This document shows positions 40,532 to 55,190 of a stretch of DNA of 64,000 nucleotides, piece after piece (position 1 is the stretch's first letter; each line of letters starts with the position of its first letter). The position numbers and the translations under genes were made by a program. Under the pieces are notes generated by a model that saw only the letters and a list, made by a program, of their open reading frames with translations, made no database searches and was not told the DNA's origin. The DNA lies in the NCBI GenBank assembly GCA_964016885.1, contig OZ024743.1, positions 159,216,001-159,280,000 of the forward strand, in the 5' to 3' direction. The stretch is from Eledone cirrhosa. Its lineage: Eukaryota.

Positions 40532-41399
40532 TATATATTGAGAGAGAGAGAGAGAGAGAGAGAGGAGGAGGGGAGATAAAGAGAGGTATTGACGTATAAA
40601 AAAAATCTTTCAGCAGAAAGTAGTAAAATTTCTCATCTCATCCTTCGATGTAATCTAACATCGACACTCGTACAAACCGACAAAGAACTTGACATCAGCA
40701 CACGAGAATATAATTCCATCACTTTATGATTAATACTACCAAGAATTTATATTTTACATGTTGTCAAGTAAACCGACCGAGTTCTATCATTCCTAGAAAT
40801 AGCGTTTCTTTTTCATTTTTCTTTTTACTATATAATAAAGATCGATATTATGATACATATGGGTAGTAGATACGTTTTCTGGCGCTCAGAATTAAATGCT
40901 TCTCCTCTGTATCTCCTTGTATGAGAACATAATCATTCAATGCATTAGCGTTCAGAAAGCAATACTGGACAATATTATACATACAATGGCGATTTGTGGA
41001 CGGATTTCATTTTCAGACACACTGCCGCTAACTTTCTGTGTGTGGAGGATACTATGTACTGAGAATGGCTAGTAATACATTAGATTAATAGGTTAAATTC
41101 CAGAATCTGTAGCGGAATTGATGATGGTGCAGGAAATCTGAATACATGTTCAGGTTTCTATTCCCGTTTGGTCTCATTTTACGTCACTCAGTTCGTTAAT
41201 GCCCTTGATAAAAGCGTTATAACATTCATATAAAGATCACTTGGTTCCCGGATCGATACCATAGCTGGTATTGATGATTTGTATAAAAAAGGTGAATCAT
41301 CGACTCCTGTTGAAAAAAGATTTTAATAATCCCGTCAGTGAACATGGCATTGTGGTGAGCACCATATTAGTAGCTTTAATTAAGAAAGAAAACCACAAA

Positions 41400-41545
41400 A
41401 CGCTCCAGGATCAGTATTTTATTTATTGATCTCGAAAGGAAGAAAGCAAAGATAATATCGACGTGGTTTCAATTCAGAATACAGAGAGCCAGAACAAATA
41501 CTAAGGCATTTGACTTGATGTTTTAACGACTCCGCGAATTCCCCG
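41400..41545 (-). mobile_element. Decayed SINE copy
   Basis: tattttatttattgatctcgaaagga..aaagcaaag..aattcagaat resembles the reverse complement of the family. Confidence 0.55.
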
Positions 41546-42114
41546 CTATGATATTGAGAATACTATAAGCATTCCAATTATCACAATGCCGTCTATTATT
41601 TTCAGACATTGTATATTATTATCGAGTAGGTACATTCTTTTTTTGTCAAACGGTTGATTTAAGTTAATCATTTTTGTATTTATGTGTGGTTCAGAGGCGA
41701 ACCAAGAATTATATTTAATACAATAATATATAAAACAACAGCAATAAAGAAAAAATAAATAAGTCATACGAGACATTAATTTGTCTAAATATGAGATTAT
41801 CAACATTTTATGTTTTCATATAAAATAAAATAGCATATATTTTACATAAGTATCATAGTAAAGAGAAAAGAGTAAGTATGCAGATTAACACATTTTATAG
41901 AATATAGAAATATTTGCAAGCTGAAAGTATACATTTCAGCGATTAGGAAAACAACAATAACGTGTAATAAATATGTCGGGAAAAATTACATTTTATTATA
42001 TTTCTGTTATAATGCTAAAGATTTGCTTTCAAGAGAGAAACATTTTTTTACCGAAAGGCAATAAACTCTGTGCACTTAGAGATTCAGAACTAATGTAAGA
42101 TTGAAAACTCTCCC

Positions 42115-42386
42115 CCCCCCTCTCTCTCTCTCTCTCTCTCTATAAATATATATAAATATAAATATATATATCAAATATTTATTAAATATCTATAAATATA
42201 TATATATATTTATATAAATATATATATATATATTTATATAAATATATATATATGTATGTATATATGTATGTATCTATGTGTTTATGTGCGTGTGTGTGAA
42301 TATGGGAGAAAGAGTGAGAAAGAGTGAGAGATGCAGAGAGAGAGAGAAAGAGAAATAGAGAGAGAGAGAGAGAGAGAGCGAGATAG

Positions 42387-42445
<59 letters not shown>
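42115..42445. repeat. Compound (CT)n/(TA)n/(GA)n microsatellites
   Basis: Seen directly. Confidence 0.9.
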
Positions 42446-42449
<4 letters not shown>

Positions 42450-43500
42450 GCAGAATCAATATTGTGAGGAGCTGAGTGAAAGGAAAGCTGCATACAACCA
42501 AAAGTATGGGTGCAGTGACAAAAATTTTGAATCACTACTTCATGCGGGCGCTCGACATGTTAGACATAGTAGCAACATATTCTCACGTGGTTCCTCATTG
42601 TACTTAAAACATAAGAACAAATTAGATTATTTAGTCGAGGCCTTGTCATAGTTACAGTGACTGTTTAAAACCACCTTTCACAGCTGATCAGTTGTTAATC
42701 AATAGTGACATGCTTAGATATTTATAGCTACAGTATAGAAATAATATGATGAAGGTATTGTCACAGTATGATCACGATATGGTTACTAGCAGTAAAACAG
42801 AGCATGAATAAAATAAATAAGTCTTTATGTGTATGTATTTCTCTTTCTCTTTCTGTAAATTTATGCAGGCACTATCTACAGGCTCACATGCAAGCATACA
42901 TGCATTCGACTCTCTCTATTTAAATAATGATTTAGGTGTTTTTACATGCAACTCTGCACCTGTATGCTATGTGTAATTGTGCGTCTCTTTAAAACTGACA
43001 TTATCATCATGTTGATAACGTCTGCGTGGATTGGAGCGATCACGGATCTGATTTATACGGCAAACAACTTGTGTAGGGTTGTTGGCATAGTTGTTGTTGT
43101 TGTTGGTGGTGCTGCAGCTGTTGCTGCTGTTGTTGAAGTTATTGTTTTTTATTTCTTTTATTTATTTTGTTTTTGATTTTACTGCTACTCTTATTATGGT
43201 TGTTATGATTATCTTCTTTGTTTGCTACTGTTTTAGTTCATAAGGTTGTTACAGATTTAGCTGCTGGCTGTTATCTTTGCTGTTACTGATGTTAATGTCG
43301 AAGTGCTTATTTCCTTTGATGTTATTATTGCTCATGCTCACTTTATGACTGTTATTTTCTTCGTTGCTGTTTTATTATTATAATTGAAGTGCGAATAATC
43401 TCAGATAAAAGTCAATTTAAATCACGCTTTAATTTACTGAAATTTCCTCTGGAATTTAATAGTAGACTGGAGAGAGAGGAATTCCCGTAGGTATCTATAA

Positions 43501-43680
43501 TAATTGTTTCTACTTTTGACGCAAGGCCAGCAATTATTCCAGTGTATTACTGGTACTTTATTTTATCGACCCCGTAAGGATGAAAGGCAAAGTTAACCTC
43601 GGCGGGATCTGATCTCAGATCATAAAGGGCTGTAGCTCTTTGCTGCAAAGCATGGCGTCCAACCCTCTACCGATACTGCA
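43501..43680 (-). mobile_element. tRNA-derived SINE, near full length
   Basis: Reverse complement of 5414-5592 over its whole length. Confidence 0.88.
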
Positions 43681-44319
43681 AAAGCAACAGGGAGTAATTG
43701 TGGCATTTCGTAGAGATTCAACGATTTCTATTGTTCTAATGCACCTGTTTTTACATAGAATTTATAGATTCTTCCTCGCCATAATGACAATATTTTACAT
43801 TGTAATCACACAATATAAAATATGTATATGCTCGCATAATTTTCAATATGTTCTGAATGTGAGTAGAATGTATCAGCAAAAGATTCGTGTATGGTTCATT
43901 AATTTGTAGTGTTTGACCAGATTGCTGGACATGTGTTTTAAGAGAAGCCAAGGCTGGCAAAGAAAGGTAATTTTCATGAATATCGATATTTCATGTTGGA
44001 GCACACTCATTATGCCTTAATTGTGGTATCTCCTGAGTTTAGTCCTTGATTACCACGCTATCTTCTGGACTTCTGGCAAAAATGCTCTTATGCTTCTTAC
44101 TTTATTGACACGCTGAATACATGCCTTTTAGAGCAGGTAATGCACAATCGCAGGTAGTTCAATGAGAAACATTTTCGAATTTTTCTGGGAACACCGAGTT
44201 TGCTCGAACACTCAGATAAAAGTCACCAGGTAGGTATTCAACATTTCTAATCTTATCATAATGCAGAAATATTTGCATAACATTATTACATCTACTGTTA
44301 TTACTTAAATTAAGGCAAT

Positions 44320-44470
44320 AGATTGGTAGAATCCTGACGGTTTTGAAGGAAATATTTTGTGGTATTTAGATACGGTTTTATTCGTTCCCAGTTCAAATCT
44401 AACCGAGATCAAATTTGCATTTTATCTTCTCGAGTTCGATTAAATAATGTATCAATAAAGAACTGAATCT
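44320..44470 (+). mobile_element. Decayed SINE copy
   Basis: ttggtagaatc..cagttcaaatct..tttgcattttatctt..ttcgattaaataa. Confidence 0.6.
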
Positions 44471-44494
44471 GGTATAATAACCTGTCTGCTAGTC

Positions 44495-44860
44495 ACAATT
44501 CTTCTCCACTTGGAGATCCGAGCAACCGGTCCGTCCATCCAGCGCCCGACGACACTGTTGAACGGCATGGACTTACCTCTCCAAGTGCCGAGCTGCAAGC
44601 TCACTGACTGTTCCGAGTTTACTTTGCTCCCCTCAACTTTTCATTATCCTTTAAGAAGGTGCCAGCCACCTCGAATTCCGAGGTGTCCGACACCATCACG
44701 GTGATATAGTCAGCATATGCCGACACAGCTTTTCCGTGTCCAGGTTCGAGCGGGATACACTGCAACAACTCCAGCTTCCGCAGTAGAGGCTTGGAAGTCA
44801 ATATATACGGAAGGGAGGAGAGAGGGCACCTTTGAGGGCCTGACTGTAAGATCTGAAATG
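44495..44860 (-). mobile_element. Tx1/L1-like RT fragment, same family as 26236-30050
   Basis: KPLLRKLELLQCIPLEPGHGKAVSAYADYITV; DNA aligns with ~27130-27460. Confidence 0.85.
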
Positions 44861-45479
44861 GTTCCGAAAGATGACCATAAACACGCCTTCCAGCCCCAAC
44901 TTCTTCTGTTAGTGAAACTTGATAACAATGGAATGAGGACTTGATCGAGGAAGAAAATAGCTGTTTCCAGTCCTTTCAGTTGTGTTCATCGTTAAACATA
45001 TTCCACCATAGCCAGAGATAGAGGAGAACTGCTTGTATTTCCCGGTTAGTGGATAACGTTGTGTCAATGTTCTTTATAACTGACTCTGTTCTTCATGTGA
45101 CAAAAATTGTACAGTTTAAATTCATACGTCAGCAGCAGATATAAACGGAATATTAATACATTGCATTTTGTGGGATCGGAGTTACATATAAATAGAAAAT
45201 ACTACAGATTAACAACATTGGGGTGAGAATATATACAGAAGCAAGCAAAGGGAACCAATAAATGTAATAAGGAGACATGACCAAAACAAAGTACTTTTCT
45301 AAATAAAACAATGTAGCACAAAGCAAAATAATTCCACTGGACGAAAGGCTAATAAAATAAATAGGTGAAATCAAAAGTGGACATGTAACAAAACCCACTC
45401 GACGGTTGTAAAGAAGCCACACTGAAAGCCATCTACGACCCAAACGTTCTGAACTAAGTGCAGAACAGAAGATCAATGT

Positions 45480-45800
45480 TTAACTATATAGAACCGAAGT
45501 TTAACTACAAATGAAATAAAGAAAACAGATATTAGTGCCACTTGTACAACTGTCCTTATCAATGTTGAGTGTTTTCACAGACGGGATGATGGTGGTAACT
45601 AAGTCCACTAAGCAATAGCCAGACACATCGAGTTGAAATTGAATGAGAAGTTGTATAAATATATACCAAACACGGTATATGATAACGAGGTGATTACAAG
45701 CATCTGGACACGCTTATTCACAACTGTAAGGAGATTATGCCAATCTCTCTAATTAGAATTATTAAGAACATGCGAAGAAAACACGGCTCATAGCTTTAGT
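45480..45800 (+). mobile_element. Highly decayed RLE-type (R4-like) 3' fragment
   Basis: HIELKLNEKLYKYIPNTVYDNEVITSIW resembles the Y..P..V.EN....W segment that precedes the RLE domain. Confidence 0.4.
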
Positions 45801-46794
45801 CAGAGATGAATATAGATTCACTAGTCATAACCTAAATCCCCACCAAAATCAGTAGTTGACAATCTGGATAAGATACGTAGCAGACAATCTGGATAAGATA
45901 CACAATATATTCCTTACATAATTATTCTCCACTAATATAACGCAACTCTCAATCTACAGAATTAAAACTCATATTGTATGAGAAACACAATCATTGCACG
46001 AATAAATAACACAACTGACATTGAACTTATTCTCCATAGTAATTAACACAGGAGACATTAACACAGCCAAATACACCGTAAACGCCACAACAAAGGAAAG
46101 TTTACGTAGTATGCATACACAATTCTATATTCTCAAAAGCAAATGTTGAATACACCCTGAGAACACGGAAGTACACTACATATTAAACAATAAAACATGG
46201 TGGTAAAAATAATAAGGGAAGAACAAAAGAAACAACAAGTAATGCTAGTCTTTGTGCTCCGATTTGGTGGAGATGGGGAGTTAGAATGCAAGGAAAATAA
46301 GAAATACTTGAGGGTTTACTAACATAGTAATATACTTAATCAATAAAAGAGGGCGGTGTTTCATAAAAGAAAAGGTTTTATTCAAAATGTCTTTATTTGG
46401 ATTCCAAGCAAGCTCTGTTTTCTCATTAATATGCAGAAACAAATGATAGAAGCACGAGCATTAAAGTAGCAAAGAGAAGTAAAATCTGTTAGGTTAGAAA
46501 GACGAAAGCCACGAAAGGGATTATAACAGTAAGACAAAACAATGCACTTACCATCTGAAGTAAGAAGGAGTAGAAGAAGATATGCAGTATGCAATGAAGC
46601 CATATAGGATAAAGAATCGTGCTTAAGAAATAGTAGGTATACTGGATCTTTGCAAATGCATTGATGAAGTTGCATTTAATATTAGAAGACAATTTCAAAA
46701 TGATATATCGATTATGGATATGACATCTAGCGAGAAAAGCTATGAAAATCGAGAAGAGAAACTACAAAGGAAATAGCTTTGGGATTCACAAAAG

Positions 46795-47200
<406 letters not shown>

Positions 47201-47289
47201 ATATCTATGTATGTGTGTGAGTGTGTATATGTGTGTGTGTGCGCGTGTGAATGTGAGTGTGCGTATGAGTGTGAATGTATGTGTATGTT

Positions 47290-48160
47290 TGTGTGCCTTT
47301 GCGTCTGTGTGTATGTTTGTGTATTTGTTTATTTCTTTATTGGTGGCGTCAACATTCCTATTTATATGTTTTCGTTGGTCGAAATCTCTATTAAAACTGA
47401 TTAAAAAAAAGCCGCATACAGCAGCACACCCATACAAGGGAGAGGGACTGCTGACATGTGTAATTTATGCACGACTGAAACTATAGACATTATTAGGGCA
47501 GGGGATAAAGTTAGCAACAGGAGAACAGACATATATGTACACATATGTACACATAAATTATATAATAAATTTCTAAGATTATATGGCTAAACATATGATA
47601 ACGCTGCAACGGAAATAAAATAGTTATATATAACATTTTAAACCAAAACATAATTACGTAAAGTGCTATAAGTAAAATAATTAGATTAATTAAATAGATT
47701 AAACTAATGACCGTTATAGAACCTAACCAATAAAAACCAAAGAGAACAAGGTGAACCCAGCTACTAACAACAAACATGACTCTTGGTGTAATACTAACAT
47801 TAGTGTACACACATTAAACAAGGAAATTAGCAAAAGATCTGGGAGTTTAGGTAAGATGGAAGAAGAATAAACAAACAATATGCACTCAAATACACACACA
47901 TATACTCAAACACAAAGAAAATAAGAAAACACACACACACCTAAACTTCACGCACGCCCATCTGCACTCACACCTGCTGATCTGCATGACAATGAAATAT
48001 AAAAACGGAATTAATTGAAAAACACATTTTTTTAAAAATCATTTCTTTTTAAATCAGATTTCATAGAAATATCGGCCAAAGAAAACATATAAATAGGAAA
48101 GTTGACGCCTCCATTAAAGAAACAAACATACAAATACACACACGAACACAAACTCACACA
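47290..48160. repeat. Inverted repeat pair (~47290-47410 vs ~48040-48160)
   Basis: ggcgtcaacattcctatttatatgttttc matches the reverse complement of gaaaacatataaataggaaagttgacgcc. Confidence 0.8.
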
Positions 48161-48527
48161 CGCACATATAAATAAACACACACATACACACAAACACACA
48201 TAAACACAAACATACTTACATGCACACACACACACATTCAGATGCACGGATTCAATCACTCAGTTAATGAAACACCAAACTTACTACTTTGATAGCCCCA
48301 ACAAACAAAACATCAACAACACGCGGAATACAAGACGTTAAAATTGGAGTCAACTCTAAAAACTGTATATTACATGGAAGTACAAAATAAGATCTTCCAA
48401 AATAAAATCATCTATCCTGCGAGTGACGCGATGAACAAGAAGCTATTAAGCTACCCAGCACCTCTCAAATGCAGGATGATAGGAAATAAAATGTAGTTAA
48501 ACAAATAAAAGCTTCTTCTTCCCGTAC

Positions 48528-48618
<91 letters not shown>

Positions 48619-49895
48619 TGTGTATGTGTGTGTGTGCGTGTCTTTGTGTGTGTGTGTGTGCATGTGTCTAAGTGTGATTCAGGTCGGAGGTGTCTGCAAG
48701 GCATATAAGATAATTAAGGGGGAATGTTGTAGGAAAATGATTGAACATATATTCAGAAAACAGCTTTTGAAATATGTTAAGAAAGATACATATCTCTGTA
48801 TTCAACTCGTATTGTTACATAATTGAGGGAGTTTCCTCGACTTTTCTGATAATTTGTATCTCTCAATGGTCAGTGTGTGTCCGGACATATTTACTCCGAG
48901 AAAATGTCGATGCAGAGGTAATTGTATAGTTTAAAAAGTAGTTTCACAGCCACGTGACCACAATGATTGTATTATGCAATGATGTGTCAACCTGATGGTT
49001 TAAAAAACTGTTTCGTCACATTGGCTTAGAGTTTTATAAATATTCTGTTTTGCATGATTCATGTACTCAGAGCTTTCAATCTGCATCATATTCACCAAGA
49101 GTTTGTTGTGTATATTATATATCTCCCACTACTTTTCGTTAGTTGTACAAACAACTGTGAACGTCAAGGCAACGGAGGAAGAGTTGAACACATACGCATA
49201 GATTTTACTTGCCAATTCTTGCCGTGCGTCAGTTTTAGAGCGATGATCGTTTTTCTATCGTGTTTCCCAATGTCTTTAGAAGTTTGCCACTGTTGGTGGT
49301 TTTTGATATCGTCATTTTGTTTTTGCGATAGTAGGCCCGCATGTATGGACATTAGAAGAAGATATTGGATAATGTAGCATATTATGCATAATCAAAGATG
49401 ACATGATCACGGCTGGAATACAAATGATAACAGGTCTGCACGATTAGGACCAACTTGAAAGTGAACATCAACCAAAACTTCAACCACATGTTTAACAATT
49501 CTAGTCAGAATTCTGTCATATATTTGCCATATTAATAATTGATTCATATTTATTGATATTTAGTATCCCCGTGGTGCTTATCAATCATGTCTAACATTAA
49601 AAACAGTCTTTTACTCAGATATAATTACCCAATGTGTTTCTTATGATTTAAGGATAGATAAGCTTTACCTGATGGAGATGGACCCGGTATTTCTAGATGA
49701 TCGAATGGGTACGAATATGTTCCGTCGGTACAGTTGATACAGTTTAGTTTTTAATCTGGTAGTTATTGCTTTACTTGCGTCATTAATGTACTTGCGCAAA
49801 TACATATACCTTATAATACTATATGTCCATATGTCTCTTAATCTGTAAATAACGATAACAATTACATCCAGTCAACACACACACGCACACACACA

Positions 49896-49936
<41 letters not shown>

Positions 49937-49982
49937 GCTTTAAACATGCATACTTGCATATATAGACATACATGCACATACT

Positions 49983-50023
<41 letters not shown>

Positions 50024-50289
50024 TATACATAATCGCAAACACACTGACAGATATTGGCAGTCTCTCAATAGAAATCAAGAGAAGTCTGAAAAAAGACGAG
50101 TAAAATACAGATAAGCAGAATTTGAATGCTCTTCCACAGAAATAAGTTAGATAGGTAGAGAGTTGCATGAGAGAAAGTGAAAGGTACGGGAGGGGTAAAG
50201 GAAAGAACACCTAGAAAAACTGAGGGATTGAGAGAAATGGGAGAGGAATCTTTAAATTAGAATACCCCTAAGTTATGTGAATGAGGATT

Positions 50290-50334
<45 letters not shown>

Positions 50335-50336
<2 letters not shown>

Positions 50337-51151
50337 ATTTAGGTTAAAACCAAAGATAATAATTTAAATCTCATTAATTTTTACTTCAGTTTCGATCGAA
50401 CGAAATGCAATAGTAAATATGAATAATACTTTGCATATTAGTTGATTAATTAATTAAATCAATAGATATTGCAATCACATATCACAAAATCTCTTCAGAA
50501 AACCAATATTAGATTAGGGGAATACATGTCCACAAATAACAAGTAAAGCCGGGGATAGTCAGCAAATAACATGAAGTGAAAGGGAATCCGTTTTAAACGG
50601 CCGAATATAAGAGGCAGATTCATAAGCAAGGCAGCGAAAAGCATTAATGTTTCCTATTTGATTTAAGCAACAAAAATCTAATCTATAAGATATAAGTCCC
50701 CAGGCTGCAATTTGTGTTCATGCATGCAAACACAAATATAGCATACTTACAAAATGTTAACATTCCGTAGCCCGTTTATTTGAACGTATAACCTTTTTTC
50801 CCTTTTTCAAATACTGCTTAACAGGGGTTTTAGAGAAGACACCCGTTTATAGTGATGTAACGTTATTAGTGATGGTATATGGAAAGACGTTCGAATGTTC
50901 AATATTCGATGCTCAATTGCAATCTGGGCCAGAGTATGTTTGCATAATATAAGTGACTTTCAACACCAGTCAATACTGGATCATATGCGATAAGTCAAAA
51001 CTTATCTACGTATTTAAGCCCATAAAACACTGTCTCAATCTACATGTAGTTAAAGAAAACTTAAAAGGACTTAATTTGAATATGAATGCCATAGCATTCG
51101 ATTATCAATTGCAATAGAAGTATGTAGCTTGTAAGAATAGACATACACGCA

Positions 51152-51153
<2 letters not shown>
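50335..51153 (-). mobile_element. Truncated PLE remnant (GIY-YIG relic plus HHR pLTR) between (TA)n tracts
   Basis: Minus strand KYAIFVFACMNTNCSLGTYI and RCLAYESASYIRPFKT at ~50580-50750, upstream of an intact-core HHR. Confidence 0.65.
50373..50507 (-). ncRNA. Type I hammerhead ribozyme with long stem II insertion
   Basis: Minus strand: attggtttt CTGAAGA gat-[~90 nt]-atc GAAA ctgaag TA aaaattaat. 9-bp stem I with two GU pairs and an intact core. Confidence 0.78.
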
Positions 51154-51190
<37 letters not shown>

Positions 51191-51216
51191 AATGATTCTG
51201 TCATTACTACCACAGA

Positions 51217-51301
51217 GGTCCGATGAGCCGTTGATTCCAGAGTCAGGCTAGACCGATACAGATCGAACCTTGAGCTGATCAGTAGCGAAACGTGCGTCAC
51301 C
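51217..51301 (+). ncRNA. Hammerhead motif (U4C variant) with extended stem II, in a ~250-bp island between microsatellites
   Basis: ggt CCGATGA gccgttgatt..gatcagtagc GAAA cgtgcg TC acc. Confidence 0.68.
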
Positions 51302-51478
51302 AATCAATAAACGTAATGAAGGCCTAACCAATCGTCCTTGTATTATTATATTACACTCTGTCTAACTCTCCACCTCGATACTGACGTGAAACTAAACATG
51401 GAGTGAACCTACAGTAACTCCACGTTACACCCCCTGGATATATATATATACGCATCCACCCGCAAACACACATGCACG

Positions 51479-51598
<120 letters not shown>

Positions 51599-52080
51599 CA
51601 TATATAATATATATATATAATTATTAGTAGACAGGGAATAGATGGGATTTTATAATTACATAGTTCATAAGTTAAGTCACCACCAATTACCAATCAGCTA
51701 GACATTTAAACAACTAGACTGACATATTAATGAAATTGTAATTAGTTTTATTGTGGTTATCACATTCCCGTCATAAAAAAAACCCACTACAATGTTTTGG
51801 CGTCGTTGTAAGTCAATTCAATAAATCAAACTATATTAGGTGGACTATGTTATTGTAAAAAGTGAAAATTAAATGAGGTTGGGTACAACGGTGCATACTT
51901 GAATTCTAAAATCATTTAATTGTGGCGACAGGAACCATTTAAAAGCCATCTATCAGGAAGGGAAAAAATGCAAGACTAGATGCTTAAATTTTTAAACAAC
52001 AGGAATAGTCAAACAGCGAGATAAACTTTTAGTTAACACCTTTCTAAAATTTATCTACAGAATGATCAAAAATATTAATT

Positions 52081-52181
52081 AATTGTTTCTACTTTTGGAA
52101 CAAGGTCAACAATTATCCCAGTGTATTACTAGTACTTTATTTTATCGACCCAGTAAGGGTGAAAGGCAAAGTTAACCTCGG
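52081..52181 (-). mobile_element. SINE 3' half
   Basis: Reverse complement of the family body and tail. Confidence 0.85.
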
Positions 52182-53499
52182 AGTGACATATTAATTAATA
52201 TTGCTCGGAAATAAGCGATTTTGGGAAGGCGTAGCTCTAAAAAAAATATATTATCTCTAGTTTCACATCCATTCAATAAATAAGTTCGAGTTCGTTTTAT
52301 AAACAATCAACTTTTATTTGTGGTTGGATGTCATAACTTGGAGCGTTTAATATCTCATGTATATTCTAACCAATATCATTCCTTGGATAATTACCAAAAT
52401 ATTAATTTGAAAGGTGTCAAGAATTCACTTGAACGCTGTGAAATATGAACATGGGCCAAAATAATCTGAGATTAAATACTGACTGATAATCATTAAAATA
52501 CATATTATGACCCTCCCAAAGTATAACAAAATCTATATTCTCATTTATAAAAAAAATGTTGCTTTTTTTATTAAGAAAATAAAGAAAAGCGTAAACATAT
52601 ATAACTGTTTTCAAAGATGGAGACAACTAGGTTATGTAAATGCTGTTCAATATGATCTATTCCATGCAGTTGATGTTGTTTCGCCAAAAATTATTTTGGC
52701 TAGTCAGAGAAGGATTAAACGCATGATTAAAGTAATTGTAAACAGAGCCATAAACGAATAAGGGAAACCGACTCACAAACGAAAGAAGAGCTCCCGCCAA
52801 GGATTGATCAGGACATCCAACAACTTTAACTACCATCCACATCAAAGTTAGCCTAATGTCCGTCACAGAAGATAGTCTGTATAAGAAACAAGAGGCCATA
52901 TCGTCTAATTCGTTAACAAATAATAGTTTATTCACATATATGATGATATTCACTCGCAGATCATACTCTCAAAAATCAGAGTACATATCTCAAACATTCT
53001 GTTTTATCATTCAAAGATCTTCTTACGGTTCGTTTAATTGTCTACCATTTTCTCATTGAATCTCTGAAAAACGGTGACCCAGATATATTTCTAGAAGGAA
53101 ATCGGTTCTTTTTGCTCGGGCTTCTCGTGCTTTGATTGGGATTGCGTTTAGCGGGTATTTCACCCTGATATTTTGGCAAATTTGATCCTTCTTTATTGTT
53201 AAAAGATGATATCAGGCCTATATATGACATTTATGTTTTTTATTTACGCAACCTAAGAAGTATATTCAATATGTCTATTCAGATTGTCATCAGATACCTA
53301 CTTTCGTCCGATATTGGTTTAATTGTTGCTATTGTTGTCGAATGTTGACCAGCACATGTCGTATATTGCATTATAAAATTGCTTAAAGACTCATGAAACA
53401 TGTCATAGCAGCAAGAGACTCACCGAACAGAAAATCTTCCCATAAATAAATAAATGCCAAAATCTAAAACAATCTGCTTCTCTACTACCTATAAAACAT

Positions 53500-53594
53500 T
53501 AACTTTGTCTTTCATCCTTACAGGGTCGATAAAATAAAGTACCAGTAATGCACTGGGATAATTGCTGTCCTTGTGCCAAAAGAAGAAACAATTA
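53500..53594 (+). mobile_element. SINE 3' half
   Basis: aactttgtctttcatccttacagggtcgataaaataaagtaccagtaatgcactggg..gaaacaattat. Confidence 0.85.
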
Positions 53595-53649
53595 TATTAG
53601 AAAGATTAAATGAAAGTCTGGAAAAAAAAACATCACCTTTCAGAAGATC

Positions 53650-55190
53650 AACTGCATTGCGGGTGTAGCTGTAAGTAACAATTACTGATAAAAAAATCGA
53701 TAACAAAAAACTGAAGGAAGATATATAAGTGTTTGAGCATGACATGAACGTCTAACAAGATGGAGACTATATTCCATACACATGAATTCTGAAATCTTTA
53801 CTCATGAGTAAGACACCATGGGTAATAACAAGATACATTGAATATGTTATGAGTAAGTGGCAAAGAATTATGCAGATATAGATAGAAGGGAAATTAATAA
53901 AACTAAACGTATCTCCATTAGAAAACAATGTTCAGGGATAATCTCTCCTTTAAATCCATTCCGTCTAACGCTAACACCTGAAGCTGTTTGTTGCAGATGA
54001 CAACTAGAAACGATATTGATATGAGATACGGATTAGAAAACTCAACAATGCAATCTTAAAGTGTGGAAAGTTAATACAATTATTAATTATAAAGTGAATA
54101 AAGAAATTGAGAGTAATAAACTAGAAGAAAAAAACACAAATTTACAAATACGTAGTAATCAATGAACAAGATAGTATACAAGACACACAATATGAGAAAA
54201 GTTTAAAAAAAGAAATATTAGAATAATACTTAAAATAGAAAAATTCAACATACATCGATATTTTATCTGTGCTAGTTATATGCTATAACCATTATATTTT
54301 CAATTACACGCAAAACGATCTAACAAGACTATAGAGAAAAAACAAAATAAAGAAATTAATTGATATAAGAAGATTATATTTATAATATAGTGTAAAATAG
54401 TCCTTATGCAACTAGAAAATTATACAAATTTCCCTTCCGGGATACAAATGTATCTAGCAAATAATAATGGTAAACTAATATCGAAAAAGAACAAAACAAA
54501 AAAGTGAATAAAACACAGGCGGAAATGACAGGTAGTTATGAGTAGAAAGGAAACACAACAACAAAACTTGCGAAAAAGTTAAATATAAGCTTAAAATAAG
54601 GCTATAAAATTCCATAACAAAAAACTCTTAAAGGGTCAAGGCTGGAAATAGACAACACTAATACTCATAATTTACCATAAGCTTTCATATTGACAATTCC
54701 TTCTTCGGGGGTTAAAGATTACACTATGGATTAATTATTTTTTATAATATAAACAAAATAAATTATAAAACGGAGTAAAATGAAGCTCTAACATCCCTGC
54801 AGAATAGAAGTTAACAAAAGATGAATGAGAACAATAACAACTAAAATATAAATACAAATGAATTTGAAAAAAATATGGAAATTTCAAATATGATTATAAT
54901 CTAAAGAAGGAATTTGATAAAGATTTAAAATTGATTGAAGATTTTCCTACGTAGCAAGAAAAGACCACCCTTTGAGATTAAACAATGATAAAATTCAAAC
55001 TTGTTTAGGCTAGGCATTGCGAACGTCAATATCTTCAGGATAAAACAAATAAAAATAATCGACACAACCACTACAGTAGTCACAAAACAAAGTGAATATT
55101 TCTTCAACAATAGTCAGACATTAACACCAACCATCAGCAAAAAAACAAAACAAAACATAGAAAAGAAGATGAAAGAAAGGTTATCTTAAT
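53650..55190 (+). mobile_element. Very decayed R4-like non-LTR remnant
   Basis: Relics of QGD.LS (ttcagggataatctctcc), FVADD and DIDMRYGLE at ~53930-54040; strongly A-rich sense strand. Confidence 0.45.

Noticed and set aside
49000-49480. Coding-like segment (ORFs 49054, 49164), possibly a DNA transposon relic
   Set aside because: No motif I can assign with confidence; needs BLASTX/HMM search.
52657-53300. Short ORFs near a pLTR-like fragment at ~52507-52535
   Set aside because: No recognisable domain; only a ~22-bp match to 13036-13058 is supported.
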